A stretch of DNA of 58,993 bases, filler included, from Sphacelaria rigidula (GCA_964200075.2; 7 parts of 7 records of this genome joined end to end with filler, not necessarily neighbours in it); one strand, 5' to 3'; shown: positions 12,770 through 25,327, counted from the first letter of the whole stretch. Numbers and translations: made by a program. The notes: generated from the sequence alone by a model not told the origin.

Positions 12770-12980
12770 CCTTCCCCGGGATATGATGGTGGCCACAGAC
12801 GCGAAACAGGAAGAGGATAAGATATGTAAGAGGTTTTCGTGTCATGTATGGAGGAAACATGATGAGCGCCGAAATATGGGAGGTGTCTCTCCTAGGAGTA
12901 GGATCGGTGCTCCGTTCAGAAAGGGGTGCGTAATCAATCGTCAAACAACTAAAGCAAGCAATAAATGCGTACGCCGCCCC
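12770..12980 (+). mobile_element. Diverged LINE-like 3' fragment (same family as 7392-7720)
   Basis: Translates as DKICKRFSCHVWRKH..MGGVSPRSRIGAPFRKGCVINRQTTKASNK, similar to ORF 7411-7974. Confidence 0.6.
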
Positions 12981-13849
12981 GCCCGAGGATGAATCGCTCC
13001 ATCTCGCCTCCAGATATGATGGAGGTGTTATGTACCGTTTAAATAGATACATGGGCATTTACACACGAATAGCGATGCCCCTGAAATCGCGGGAGGCATC
13101 GTTAGAACCTTATCGACCACGTACTATTCCCTAACGACCCTCTTCTCCTCCTATCTCCTTTCCAGGAGATGAAACAAATGTATCCCCTCCCTAAACAATC
13201 TCAGCGAAAAGGGGGTATGATCTGATGTTTGAACCGATTGCGGCCGGATACACTAGTAATTTTCAAGGGAAAACAAGCCATATACTGCATTTTCTTGTCT
13301 CCGGCGACTCTTACGGGGCCCCCTCACCCGCCAGGGGGGGTGTCGGGGCTTACGGATTCATCCCTTGCCGACAATGTTTTTCCCGTTAACCAGCGAAGCT
13401 GATTATGCGGAAACTATCGATTAACTGGCCATTAGCGCGATCAGTTGGAACTTGACTGGCCGGAGCCGCCAGCTCACAGCCGCACATTGTCTCTCTTCTG
13501 GATAGTCACGTGAGTGTGACTACGGCGTGGTGAAAAACATCGCAGAAACATCCGAAGCAACCTCCACTGTCCCTGCTAATGGACACAAGCCTACGAACGA
13601 TTTCCGCCACTATCGACGAAAAAGCTTTGAGAATGCAGATTTCGCGGCTGAACGCACCCTGCTGGAAAAATAATCGCGACAGAGCAAACATGGGCAAGTA
13701 CGGTGCGGGAGCAAAGGTAGGGAACAGAAACGGTAAAGCGCACAACGGCCGAGAATGACCACGCAAGATGTTATAGGCACAGAGTTGAGTTTTTCGAAAG
13801 CGAGGCCATAGACGCTCAGCTGATCAGGCCCCTGTGCGTCGGGTACGTG

Positions 13850-13908
<59 letters not shown>
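13850..13908 (+). repeat. (AAC)n microsatellite, about 19 units
   Basis: Directly visible perfect trinucleotide run. Confidence 0.95.
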
Positions 13909-13909
<1 letters not shown>

Positions 13910-16900
13910 ATTAGTGCCGTACCATCGCCACTCCATGACCTTGATAGCGCTTGGCTGGAGGGGGAAACCGGCAAGCAAGGCTACCAGCGCGAATAAGACA
14001 CACCCGTCAACATCGGTGGCTCTCGAGGAACTGACATCTCACGCCACTGCGCATGACAATATGGCGCAACCTTCGACTTTTTTAGGGTGTCGTGATCGTA
14101 ACCCCTCAAGGAACAGTGAGCACGGTACACTCTCTCTCGTGTATAGAGTTACCAGATACATGAATATATACCGTTCGCAGGATAGCTACGCACAATCAAA
14201 AGCCACCGCGTCTCGGTGGTATGAAGGTCCGATTGTCGTCATTAGGGTGGCGAGAACGAGGGTTTGATTCTCGATGCGTTGGGGTTTTTCTTCGTAATAT
14301 CTGAATTCCATCGTGGAAAGCGTGAGAACGCGAGTGAACAAAGTAGTCGACTTAGTTTTTTTTACGTGGGTTGACGCGGTGCGGGAGTCCTGATCAAACC
14401 CGCGAGACCAAAATGCAAGGCGTGTACCGGGGAGAAATGGGGTGGTTCCTTGATATCACGGGCTCATCCCGAGGAAGGGGAGGGATACAAGGTGCGATAA
14501 AAAACAACGAAACGTAGACATATATCCATACTATCGTCTGACAATTACCGTTCATGTTAGGACCCTCGGTGACCGAAATGCCCAATAGATGGCACTCTTG
14601 GACCTCCTCATCCACCCTCCTCTCTATTTTTCACTATTCAGGTCCGAGTTATGGGTCTAGACAAGTGCATGGACGTTCGAAACGCGTTGCTAGGTGTAAA
14701 TGTCTCACCCACACACTCCCCCCCCCCCATCCCGCCACATGGGCGTATAGCTCACCATCCGGTCGGTGTAAACTTGACCGCTTCGAAGTCCTCTCGGGCG
14801 TAGTCCCATGGTGAACCGTACACGTGCACCCTCTTCACCTGTCGCACAAAACATATCAGCGACAAACAAGGACGCTTGCTGAGGCGAAGAGTAGAAAATG
14901 ACCCTCATAATATGCATCTGCACGTACTGGTGGAAAACCTTCGACCACTAGAACGATGGCATTTTTTATCACACATGTGTTCCGACCCGTTCCGGGGAAA
15001 AATAGCAAAAGCGCTCCATCCTGGGTCTTGTGGTGTACGTGGTTGATCTGGAGGATCCGGAACTGACGCAATTTCGTTCATGGACATCGACATACACATG
15101 CTTCACGCATTTCGTATCTCTAAGATGCTCAAGATGAAAACACAATTAGAGCCACTCAAATCGCGAGAACAGCATAATCCATAGGAACAAACATATATAC
15201 AGCTAAGCACCGGACTGACAGCAAGCCGAACGGGCTCCTACTTGTGTTTCTTTGGCACAGGACCACACCAACATCAACCATTTTGCTCGCCCGAACAGTG
15301 TACTGAGTCAAGTAGCAGGCACGAACAGTTGGAGGGTATGTGCGCCGTGCTCATACCTCCCCGCGCGGTCTGTCCATCTTCACCGTACACCCGTGTGGAA
15401 CCCATCACGCTACAGCCTCGACCATAAGGATGTGCGGTTCAAACCGCCCCCACCTCGCTGCCTTCGCTCGTTGTCGCTGCTGCTGTTGATGCTCCTCCGG
15501 ACATCCCTCCTGCTATTTCTGCTCCTGCCGCTGCTTCTGCTTCTGGTGCTGCCGCGACAAACCCTCCTCCCACATCGTGCGTCCACAGTACTACCCCCTC
15601 ACTGTTGCGTACCGATGGATACCTGGGCGGATCAGCAATACCACATGTTGTGACTGAACGGTCTCGCGGTCGGCTCGAAACTTCACGTACACATCTCAGG
15701 TCGTGACCTACGTTTGCGTTGTTTCCAGTGAAAAATGCCAACCCCACAGAAGCTCACATACATGCTATCATGCGCCGCACGCCCGTGGAAGATTGTGACA
15801 TGCCGACCACTACGGTAGTACGCCGTAATAAATTTCGTTGCAAGCAGACACATGCGATGTTTTTTTGTGTTTGTGCTGCTTTCGGTGACGTCGCATGGAC
15901 CGACAAGCAGAGCGATGTCGACGTACAAGATGTCATGGCATACCCGATGGCACCAACAATGCAAGGAATATCCTATTTTGCACAGGGCAAAAACCGCCAC
16001 AAGCCGACCAGCAGCGCCGCTTTCTTATTCTCACCCTAAATCTTTTAGTTTCTTTGCGTACTGTCCAGAGCGGTAGCCAACAGTGCAGTAGGGAACTATC
16101 ACTTCTCCCTCGCCAGCAGCGGTGCGGTCCCCTGCAGAATGTTCCTGAAATTTTTCTGAAGACCGCGCGGCCTCCCCTAATCGACTGCTTTCAAACTTTT
16201 CCCTGCATATGTGCGGGAAAACGTCATAAGACATGATGACACGAAATCACTCAGTAGCGAAACATGATGGGGCCTGGTGTGCGCAGCACGCGACGGTACA
16301 CGGCACACCGCAAGCACTCGAGTATCACACACACCGCATCCAGAGCATCACACACAATGAGTGGGGATGTGTTAACACAGCACACGTTGAAGCACGACAC
16401 ACGCGGTCCATGACGAGGGTGCAAGTAGTATGAGCAGAGTCAAACCATTTTCGAAACGAAAGCTGAAGTAGGTGCAGCACGGGCGCGGTATTGACGCAGT
16501 GGTATTTGCTGGATGGGACCCTGGACAGAGCAGGTATTCATCCATCCGAGAGCTTCACCGAACGCAGAAATTTAATATTTTGCGTGACAAAGCAAAAATG
16601 GCTTCGGAGCAAGCAAGAGGCCGAGACATTCTTATCACTCTTCATCTCTCTCCCTCCCCCCCCTCTCTGTAAAAAAAAAAGCGGAAGGGACAGAAGGGCA
16701 AGGGCAGGGGAGCGGGGGGAGTAGGGTTTTTAGTCAAAGAGTATCTGTGACATTACAGAGGTGATCGATGACACGAAATTCGACGNNNNNNNNNNNNNNN
16801 NNNNNNNNNNNNNNNNNNNNNNNNNNNNNTTAATTAATTAANNNNNNNNNNNNNNNNNNNNNNNNNNNNNNNNNNNNNNNNNNNNCAACCACCCCCCCCC

Positions 16901-18876
16901 CCCCCCCCCCCAGAACCAGGGAGGACACCAGGGAAAGACCAACTTGGTTTCAATTTGAGCTAAGTGCTTTACTTGGATCAGGTAAAGCCATGATCATTCG
17001 AGTACAGTGTGGATATTCTGAACTCATACAGTAGAGATAACCGCGTGGCTTGATACAGAAAATACCCAACTTGGTGGACATGGTACACAGGTACTTTCAC
17101 TACTCGAATTCAGTATGGTCAGACAATGACTTGGATCAAGCATAACCTGTAGAACTCATCGAGAAACGATGTGGCCGTTCGGAATCATACGATTGGAACA
17201 TACTATATGCACGCCAGATAACAATCTTACAGTTATAGAGGGCGCATAGAATTCCCTGGAACCCCCGTCCCCCCTCATGCTCCGTGACCACCAAATTTCA
17301 GCTTTATGGGATACTGTGTATTCTTCCAAGATTTGGGCACTCTTGGCACCAGCATGGAAACCTGTGCGACTCCGTCGTGAGTATTCAGACGCAACTACTG
17401 TATGTGTAATGCGACACAAAACTACCTTGCCTTTGGCATACTAGTGTTTTTGGACGCAGGTGAACAGTGTACGTGGGGTTCCATGTACAGGAGCACCAAC
17501 ACCATTCTGATGACACGAGGTACAGATCGCGATAACTGCTGTGCACCGTGTCATGTGGCTCACATTTTACGCAACCTCCTGGGAGCACAGTTTGTAGGAT
17601 TTAGAGAGCGTAGGGCATCTGTGCTGCATGTCGTTGAGTGACTTAACATACCACTGTAATGTGTAGATAGTATTGTGCTGCAACGACTGTGACGTAATTG
17701 TACAGTACAGTACTGGACGGTCAGTTAATCGCCACTCCATATCCTGAACCCTGAGCGGTAGCGCGTAAACACAGTTGCACTCGAGCTAGCAAAGCTACAA
17801 AGCCGCAGTAGATTTGATTGTAGCAACCCTGCTGCCCACACGCAACGTTTGTTGCACGCGGTGTGCGACCGTGCTGTACTGTTGTTTGCACTGTTCGCAC
17901 GGTATTATTCTGTGTTGGGGTCGTTGGCTTTCTGCTGTCTGTAGTACCCACCGCCGTGGATCGGTGTGCTCTATCAGAAGGCCACCTTGACCCTGCCTTT
18001 GGAACCCAAAACGTCAAGCTAGTTGATGGAGTAGGAGGATTTCAACCAAGATTCCTATCAGACAGATCATCACGTGTGTCGCTGTACTCGCCGGAATGAG
18101 GTTTTGTGCGAGAGGTTGAGGTAGGTGAATCCCAGTACCCATTGAATTGCACTGTAACTCTGACAATACGATGGAACGAAGCGGCTGCAACGCAATACCG
18201 AGCCCTTAGCACACGTTTTCATTCACGGAAGATTCTGCATGTATAGTAGGGGCTAAACAAGCACTTGCACGTCTCCAGGCTGCCTCATCTCCTAACACAC
18301 GGTGATTTGTATCATGCTCAAGAGATTGCCGTCGATGTGAGGGTCAAGATGCTGGGAGATGTGTGTCCCAATACTTGTGGAAATTATTCCTCGAGATACA
18401 GAGGATACGTGATGCACGTTGCAGCAAAATACCGTATTCTGGAACACTGGCAAATGCCCACTTGCCTACCGTATAGTTCAGACCCGGGGGCGGCGGGCGA
18501 GGGGCGGGGGCAAGGGATTGTATGTCATACCCTGAAAATGTCACGATATATGCGCTATCAACCAAACACGTTCCACACATGACCTGCAGCATGTTGCCAT
18601 AAATGGAAGCTGTATAGCCCGGGTAAAGCTCGCCGCACCTGGACTCCTCGATGTGCTTCTAGTACTGCTTGTACGCTGACATTATAGCCAAAGTGATGAT
18701 GTGCAGCAGTTAAGTACAGGCAGTCCACGGTTCTTTCGACACAGCTGCACCCCTCAAAGTACAGTACACTGCGGTACCAAATTGTACATAGAATTAGGGT
18801 ATGCAGGAGACGGCACAACAACAGTACTCCTTGAGCAACACCTTCCAGTCTGTAGTACCGCCGGTGTGTAATTGAT

Positions 18877-21800
18877 ATGAGCAAATGTGGCGAATCATAT
18901 AACGGAATGGCTGGCTTGTTTACTGCTACCTACGTTTCCAATGTTGCGAAACCCCGTCAGTTTGGCAGGATGGTGAATGTCAAGGATGAGGCGTGCTCCA
19001 AAAAGGGCTGCTCCATGTGGCCGTCGTTTGGGTTGACAGAAAGCAGAAAGGCGGAGTTCTGCTCACAGCACGCAGAGGACGAGATGGTGGATGCTAGCAA
19101 CAACACGTGCTCCACGGAGGGCTGCTCCATGCGGCTTCCCTTCAAGTTAGCGGGAAGTACGAAGGCGGAATTCTGCTCACAGCACGCCGAGGATAGGATG
19201 GTGAAATTAACGAAGAATACCTGCTTCGATGAGGGTTGCTGCAAGCAGGCGTCGCTTGGGTGGGCAGGAAGCAAGAAGCGTATGTTTTGCGCCCAGCACG
19301 CTGAGCGCGGGACGGTAACTGTCACCAACAATACGTGGTCGAGAGAGGACTGCTCCGAGCAGGCGTCGTTTGGGTTGGTGGACAGCAGGAAGCGAGTGTG
19401 TAGCTCACGGCACGCCGAGCGCGGAATGGTAACTGTCACCAACAATACGTGGTCGAGAGAGGACTGCTCCGAGCAGGCGTCGTTTGGGTTGGTGGACAGC
19501 AGGAAGCGAGTGTGTAGCTCACGGCACGCCGAGCGCGGAATGGTAACTGTCACCAACAATACGTGGTCCAGAGAGGACTGCTCCGAGCAGGCGTCGTTTG
19601 AGTTGGTGGACAGCAGGAAGCGATCGTTTAGCTCACAGCACGCCGAGCGCGGAATGGTGAATGTCAGGAGCCACATTTGCTCCCGCAACGGCTGCTTCAA
19701 GCAGGCGTCGTTTGGGTTGGCGGAAAGCAGCAAGCAATTTTTTTGTCCACAGCACGCCGAGGACGGCATGGTGAACGTGAGGCAGAATACGTGCCGCAGG
19801 GAGTGCTGCTCTAAGCGGGCGTTGTTTGGGTTGGCGGGAAGCAAGAAGGCGGAATTCTGCTCACAGCACGCCGAGGACGAGATGGTGAATGTCACGAACA
19901 ACACGTGCTCTCACGACAGCTGCTTCACAAGGCCGTCTTTTGGGTTGGCAGGAAGCAAGAACGCGGAATTCTGCTCACAGCACGCCAGGGACGGGATGGT
20001 GAACGTCAGGAACAAAACGTGCTCCCACGACAGCTGCTCCAAACGGGCGTCGTATGGGTTGGCAGGAAGCAAGAAGGCAGAATTCTGCTTACAGCACGCC
20101 GAGGACGGGATGGTGAACGTCAAGAACGAGACATGCTCCAGGGGCGGCTGCTCCAAGCAGGCGTTGTACGGGTTGGCGGGAAGCAAGAAAGCGGAGTCCT
20201 GCTTACAGCACGCCGAGGGCGGGGTGGCAAATGTCAGGCGGAATACGTGTTCCCGCGACGACTGCGCCAAGCAGCCGTCGTTTGGGTCGGCGGGAAGCAA
20301 GAAAGCAGAATTCTGCTCACAGCACGCCGAGCACGGAATGGTGAATGTCAAGATGAAGATGTGCTCCCGCGACAGCTGCTTGAGGCCGGCGTCATTTGGG
20401 TCAGTGGGAAGCAGGAAGCGAGTGTTTTGCTCACAGCACGCCGAGCACGGGATGGTGAATGTCATGAACAACCCGTGCTCCCGCAGCGGCTGCCCCAAGC
20501 AGGCGTCGTTTGGGGTGGTGGGAAGCAGGAACCGATTGTTTTGCTTACAGCACGCCAAGGGCGGGATGGTGAATGTCACGAACAAAAGGTGCTCCCGAGA
20601 CGGTTGCTCCAAGCAGCCGTCGTTCGGTTCGGCGGGAAGCAAGGACGCGGAATTCTGCTCACAGCACGCTGAGAAGGGGATGGTGAATGTCAGGCGGAAC
20701 ACGTGCACCCGCGAGGGCTGTTTGAAGCAGGCAATGTTCGCGCTAGCGGGAAGCAAAACGCGAGTGTTTTGCTCACAGCACGCCGGGGACGGAATGGTGA
20801 ATGTCACGAACAACCCGTGCTCCCGCGGCGGCTGCTCCAGGCAGGCGTTGTTTGGGGTGGCGGGAAGCAAGAAGGCGGTGTTCTGCTCACAGCACGCCGA
20901 GGACGGGATGGTGAATGTCAGGAACAAAACGTGCTCCCGCGACAGCTGCTCCAAGCGGGCGTCGTTTGGGTTGGCGGGAAGCAAGGAGGCGGAATTCTGC
21001 TCACAGCACGCGGGGGACGGGATGGTGAATGTCGCGAAGAACGCGTGCTCCCGGGACGGCTGCGCTAAGCAGGCGTCGTTTGGGTTGGTGGGAAGTAAGA
21101 AGGCGAAATTCTGTTCACAGCACGCCGAGCATGGGATGGTGAGCATCTGGAAGAAAACGTGCTCCCGCGACAGCTGCTCCAAGCACGCGTCGTTTGGTTC
21201 GGCGGGAAGCAAGAAAGCAGAATTCTGCTCAAAGCACGCCGAGAATGGGATGGTGAATGTCAGGCTGAACACGTGCTCCCGCGACGGCTGCTTGAAGCAG
21301 GCGTCGTTTGGGCTAACGAGAGGTAAGAAGGCGGAATTCTGCTCTCAGCACGCCGAGAGCGGGATGGTAAACATCAGGCTGAACAAGTGCTCCCGCGACC
21401 GCTGCTTGAAGCAGGCGTCGTGTGGGCTAACGAGAAGCAAGAAGGCGGAATGCTGCTCACAGCACGCCGAGGACGGGATGGTGAATCTCAGGCAGAACAC
21501 GTGCTCCCGCGGCAGGTGCTTGAAGCAGGCGTCGTGTGGGCTAACGAGAAGCAAGAAGGCGGAATTCTGCTCACAGCACGCCGAGGACAGAATACTGAAT
21601 GTCGGGAAAAATACGTGCTCCTGTGACCGCTGCCTCAAGCAGGCTTCCTTTGGGTTGGCGGAAAGTAGGAAGGCGGAATTTTGCTCACAGCACGCCGAGG
21701 ACGGAATGCTGAATGTTGGGAAGAATACGTGCTCCCGCGACAGCTACCTCAAGCAGGTGTCTTTTGGGTCGGCGGAAAGTAGGAAGGCGGAATTTTGCTC

Positions 21801-22257
21801 ACAATACGCCGGGGACGGGATGGTTTACCTCACGAGAAATACGTGCATTCGGGATGGTTGCTGCCAGCAGGCGTCGTTTGGGTTGGCGGGAAGCGGGAAT
21901 GCAGAGTTCTGCTCACAGCACAGCGACGACGTGATGGTGGACGTCCGCTGCGGGAAGTACACGCGGCCAGCCACTTGTCGTGTTGAGACACCAGTGAGTC
22001 GCTCGAAAATATTGAAGCTAGAAATTGCTCCGCAAGAGTTGAAGGATAATGGAGGATATTCAAGACGGCCATGCAGTGGTGGAGTGCTGCAGTCCGAGCA
22101 AGCTGTTCCCTCGAAGGGTAGCGCTACAAGAAGAGCCAAACAAGCCCATGCGACTGGTGGACTAGTCCCGGCGCAGGCAGCCCGCAGCACGACTCTCGCA
22201 GGCATGCTGGTGTCCGAGGGCGGGACGAACGTCAAGTCGGAGGTGACCGTTTTATAG
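18877..22257 (+). CDS. EsV-1-7 domain protein with 26 tandem 38-aa cysteine-rich (C-x4-C-x16-C-x2-H) repeats; the true start may be the ATG at 18970, after an acceptor-like site at 18960
   Basis: Uninterrupted 1126-aa ORF. Repeat consensus CSRDGCSKQASFGLAGSKKAEFCSQHAEDGMVNV with a 114-nt period from 18970 to ~21935. This matches the EsV-1-7 motif known from phaeoviruses and brown algae. Confidence 0.9.
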   Translation: MSKCGESYNGMAGLFTATYVSNVAKPRQFGRMVNVKDEACSKKGCSMWPSFGLTESRKAEFCSQHAEDEMVDASNNTCSTEGCSMRLPFKLAGSTKAEFCSQHAEDRMVKLTKNTCFDEGCCKQASLGWAGSKKRMFCAQHAERGTVTVTNNTWSREDCSEQASFGLVDSRKRVCSSRHAERGMVTVTNNTWSREDCSEQASFGLVDSRKRVCSSRHAERGMVTVTNNTWSREDCSEQASFELVDSRKRSFSSQHAERGMVNVRSHICSRNGCFKQASFGLAESSKQFFCPQHAEDGMVNVRQNTCRRECCSKRALFGLAGSKKAEFCSQHAEDEMVNVTNNTCSHDSCFTRPSFGLAGSKNAEFCSQHARDGMVNVRNKTCSHDSCSKRASYGLAGSKKAEFCLQHAEDGMVNVKNETCSRGGCSKQALYGLAGSKKAESCLQHAEGGVANVRRNTCSRDDCAKQPSFGSAGSKKAEFCSQHAEHGMVNVKMKMCSRDSCLRPASFGSVGSRKRVFCSQHAEHGMVNVMNNPCSRSGCPKQASFGVVGSRNRLFCLQHAKGGMVNVTNKRCSRDGCSKQPSFGSAGSKDAEFCSQHAEKGMVNVRRNTCTREGCLKQAMFALAGSKTRVFCSQHAGDGMVNVTNNPCSRGGCSRQALFGVAGSKKAVFCSQHAEDGMVNVRNKTCSRDSCSKRASFGLAGSKEAEFCSQHAGDGMVNVAKNACSRDGCAKQASFGLVGSKKAKFCSQHAEHGMVSIWKKTCSRDSCSKHASFGSAGSKKAEFCSKHAENGMVNVRLNTCSRDGCLKQASFGLTRGKKAEFCSQHAESGMVNIRLNKCSRDRCLKQASCGLTRSKKAECCSQHAEDGMVNLRQNTCSRGRCLKQASCGLTRSKKAEFCSQHAEDRILNVGKNTCSCDRCLKQASFGLAESRKAEFCSQHAEDGMLNVGKNTCSRDSYLKQVSFGSAESRKAEFCSQYAGDGMVYLTRNTCIRDGCCQQASFGLAGSGNAEFCSQHSDDVMVDVRCGKYTRPATCRVETPVSRSKILKLEIAPQELKDNGGYSRRPCSGGVLQSEQAVPSKGSATRRAKQAHATGGLVPAQAARSTTLAGMLVSEGGTNVKSEVTVL

Positions 22258-23418
22258 CACTATTTGTCTGATTTGACGGCTACATAGGAAGTTAATAACT
22301 ATGGTGGAGGCGATGGTCGTGATCCTTCAGGGCTGGTGGCGATGTGTAAGCACTCTGCTGGTGGTCCACAAAGGGTTCTGTGGGCGCCTTTCGGCAGAAC
22401 ACTCGTGGCCAATTCCAGCTGCTGCTCATCGGTTGGTGGTTGTTGGTGGCGTCGTCACCATGTACGGGGATTTGGACGGTCTTGAACAAATAGTGGCAAG
22501 GGTCTGTCTGTTCACGCCTGGAGGATGCAAATTAATGACAGCGTACAATGCAGATTCATCCGCTGAGCATGGAGGCCACGACTAAGGACGTTTTCATTGC
22601 TTGTGCAAAATCTCTTCTTGTTCGAAAGGTGTTCCGCTCATCAAACGCGTGCAGACTGTAGTCGCACATCGTGCTTTGTCTGCCAAGGCCTTGCGAATTT
22701 CTCTGACCCTTGAGTTTGATGTTTGGCGCACACGTAAGGGGTACGTGAAGGTGGTCACCTTGAGATCGGTTGCGCATTAGTCGCGCCGAATGCATTTCAC
22801 CCTGCTTAGAATGCTGGTATATCAGCCCCATTTGTACATGAAACAGGTTGTCAAATGTCGTGATGGCTGAGTGTGTCGCTGCTTGACATTCAATCAATCA
22901 GCCGGTGTTGTCGCTGTGCTTGCTGCTTCCAACAAGAGGACGATCGGCGCTGTCCGAGATCAGCTGAGGAGTCCTGCACGTGACGTACCTAATGAATGCC
23001 GTTTACACGAATATCATTGATCCTCGGGTTTGAACATTCCACACCCTGGACAATTGACATTTCTATTGCGATAGCAATAGAATCCGCTGCAGTAGATGCC
23101 AATATTGTTGTCCGTGATGGCCACCGATCGGCGAGTTTATCTTCCTATTGTCGTTGGTAATGTCTATCGATAGACCAGTTTCCCACATTCTTGTCTGGGC
23201 AGCCGTCTGCTATGGCCTTACACCAAAATCTATTGCGGCCGACTAAATGCATCGGTCGATAGCTTTCCGAATTTATTGATGACGGCAATGGCTATCCATA
23301 GACCGCGTGCCAAATCTATTGATGACGACGATGGCTACCGACAGATTGTATACCAAATCTATTGATGACGGTAATGGCTATTGGTAGATTGCGTATAAAT
23401 CTATGCATGGCGACAGTG

Positions 23419-23666
23419 ACACTTTCTACGATAGCCCCCCCCCAAGAAGTGCATGATTTTCGGTGGCAAAATCTTCACGTAAATAGAAGTGGGAAAAGCC
23501 GAGCACAACGAGCAGCTGGGTGTTCCCACGCTTGGGTCCGTTCTAGCCAATGTCGCCAATATGAGGCGCTTCATGAAGCCTGAACCCAAACGTCAGGCGC
23601 TGTATGGCCAATTTTTTCGTGACACTTTTGGGCTAGTTTCGGGGGGGGGCTACGGTAGAAAGTGTC
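23419..23666. mobile_element. ~250-bp TIR-bounded module, copy 1 (copy 2 at ~24330-24577)
   Basis: GACACTTTCTACGATAGCCCCCCC ... GGGGGGGCTACGGTAGAAAGTGTC. The interior is clearly homologous to the second copy. Confidence 0.7.
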
Positions 23667-24329
23667 CAATGGGTATCGATAGATACAATCCAGAATCAAG
23701 TGTGGTATATAATGCCTACCGACAAATTTTCTCCGCCGTCTTTTGCCACACCCACATTGTAACATACTACGTCTAGAGCACATTATACTCCGTTAAGGTA
23801 CGGTAGAGAAGCCGCAGGTGGACATGCAGTGGGTATATACTGATACTGCTTGTGAATGTATGACATCACGTTTCTACAATTTTGGAACGCCTGTATTTTG
23901 TAGGAATCCGCAACGTGTGTAAACAAAAGTGTACAACTTTTGTTGTTGGTGTGTTGTTGGTACTTATGGTTGTCCCTCTGATGGATATGAGTTACAGTAC
24001 TTTTGTGTGTGGGTGAGATGTGCTTATACCCTGGACAATACCCCATGTAATAGAACATTGGCGTTACAACAGCCCCCAAAAATTTGACTGTCATTGTTCA
24101 TTGTCAGTCATAATCGACTGGCATCAAAGTCTCTCGATACTTATTGGAGGCAACAATAGCTGCGGGACAGGGGACACGATGTGTCATTGCCGTGACAATA
24201 TAGGGGCCCAGTTGTCTATCGATACATTTTATTTGTCGCAATAGGCTCTGAATTGTGGCCACCCGTGCTTATTGCCAATCACAAAAAGATGTACCACGCG
24301 GCCACCAATACATATTGTTGGTCACAGTG

Positions 24330-24577
24330 AACACTTACTACGATAGCCCCCCCCTAGAAGTGCATGGTTTTCAGAGGCAAAATTTTCACATGAAAAGAAG
24401 TGGGAAAAGCAGAGCACAACGAGCAGCTGGGAATTCCAACGCATTGGTTCGTTCTAGCCAATGTCGCCAATATTAGGTGCTTCATACAGCCTGAACCCAA
24501 ACGTCAGGCGCTGTACGACCATTTGTTTCGTGACACGTTTGGGCTAGTTTCGGGGGGGGACTATCGTAAAAAGTGTC
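24330..24577. mobile_element. ~250-bp TIR-bounded module, copy 2
   Basis: ACACTTACTACGATAGCCCCCCC ... GGGGGGACTATCGTAAAAAGTGTC. Confidence 0.7.
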
Positions 24578-25327
24578 AGTAGGATACCAATCGCGCCCAC
24601 CGAAGTCTACTGAGGGTCACAACAGAATCTGAATCGCGGCTACCGATGTCTACCGCTGGTCATATTGCAATTTGAATCACGGCCACCAATATCTATCGCT
24701 GACCACAAAGGTAGCTGAATGGCGCCGATCACTAGCGATATGTATACACATCTTTCGACTTATGTTTCCGCCTTATTCCACAGAAGCTATGGCCAGCTAT
24801 CGCCTTGGTTCGTTGCCTGTTCATGTGTAAGCGGTAACGCCGTTGATATCATGAGATCACTGGAGTGAGCATTCTACATTTCAAACCCTATCGTTGGCGT
24901 CACTGGCTGTCGATAGGTGCCCCCGAGAGCAATCGATTGTTGACGGCAATGCCCATATTGGTGAACGCGAAAAAATGCATTGTGCGCGGCAGATGCTACC
25001 AATAAACGGCTCACTAAATCGATGAATGGCGGTCACAGGTATTGATGGATAACTCACTTAATCTATTGATAACGGCAATGACTATCTATCTACAAAACCC
25101 ATCATATATTGCGGTACACGATGTCCATCGATGGCCGTTGGCAAATACAATGAACAGCAAATTGTGCGAATTGAGGTTTAACTCTGAATTGAGGCTCAAG
25201 TGGGCAACCCGACTTGCGAACTGTTTGNNNNNNNNNNNNNNNNNNNNNNNNNNNNNNNNNNNNNNNNNNNNTTAATTAATTAANNNNNNNNNNNNNNNNN
25301 NNNNNNNNNNNNNNNNNNNNNNNNNNN

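Larger units (their letters stand above)
23042..25170. repeat. Degenerate ~43-bp repeat arrays in CACCCTGGACAAT-ended element remnants
   Basis: TATTGATGACG recurs at 23274, 23317 and 23360, with looser copies at 24600-25130. Terminal motif at 23042 and 24027. Confidence 0.55.

Noticed and set aside
14390-16450. Cluster of short Cys/His-rich ORFs
   Set aside because: No consistent frame, splice pattern or motif. Probably decayed TE or intergenic sequence.
18957-21638. Long antisense and alternate-frame ORFs over the EsV-1-7 gene (315, 453 and 255 aa)
   Set aside because: They are shadows of a GC-rich 114-bp tandem repeat that lacks stops in those frames. There is no independent evidence of coding.
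18877-22257. Endogenous phaeovirus insertion
   Set aside because: No other viral hallmark genes and no gene-dense viral organisation on this contig. EsV-1-7 genes are a host-expanded family.
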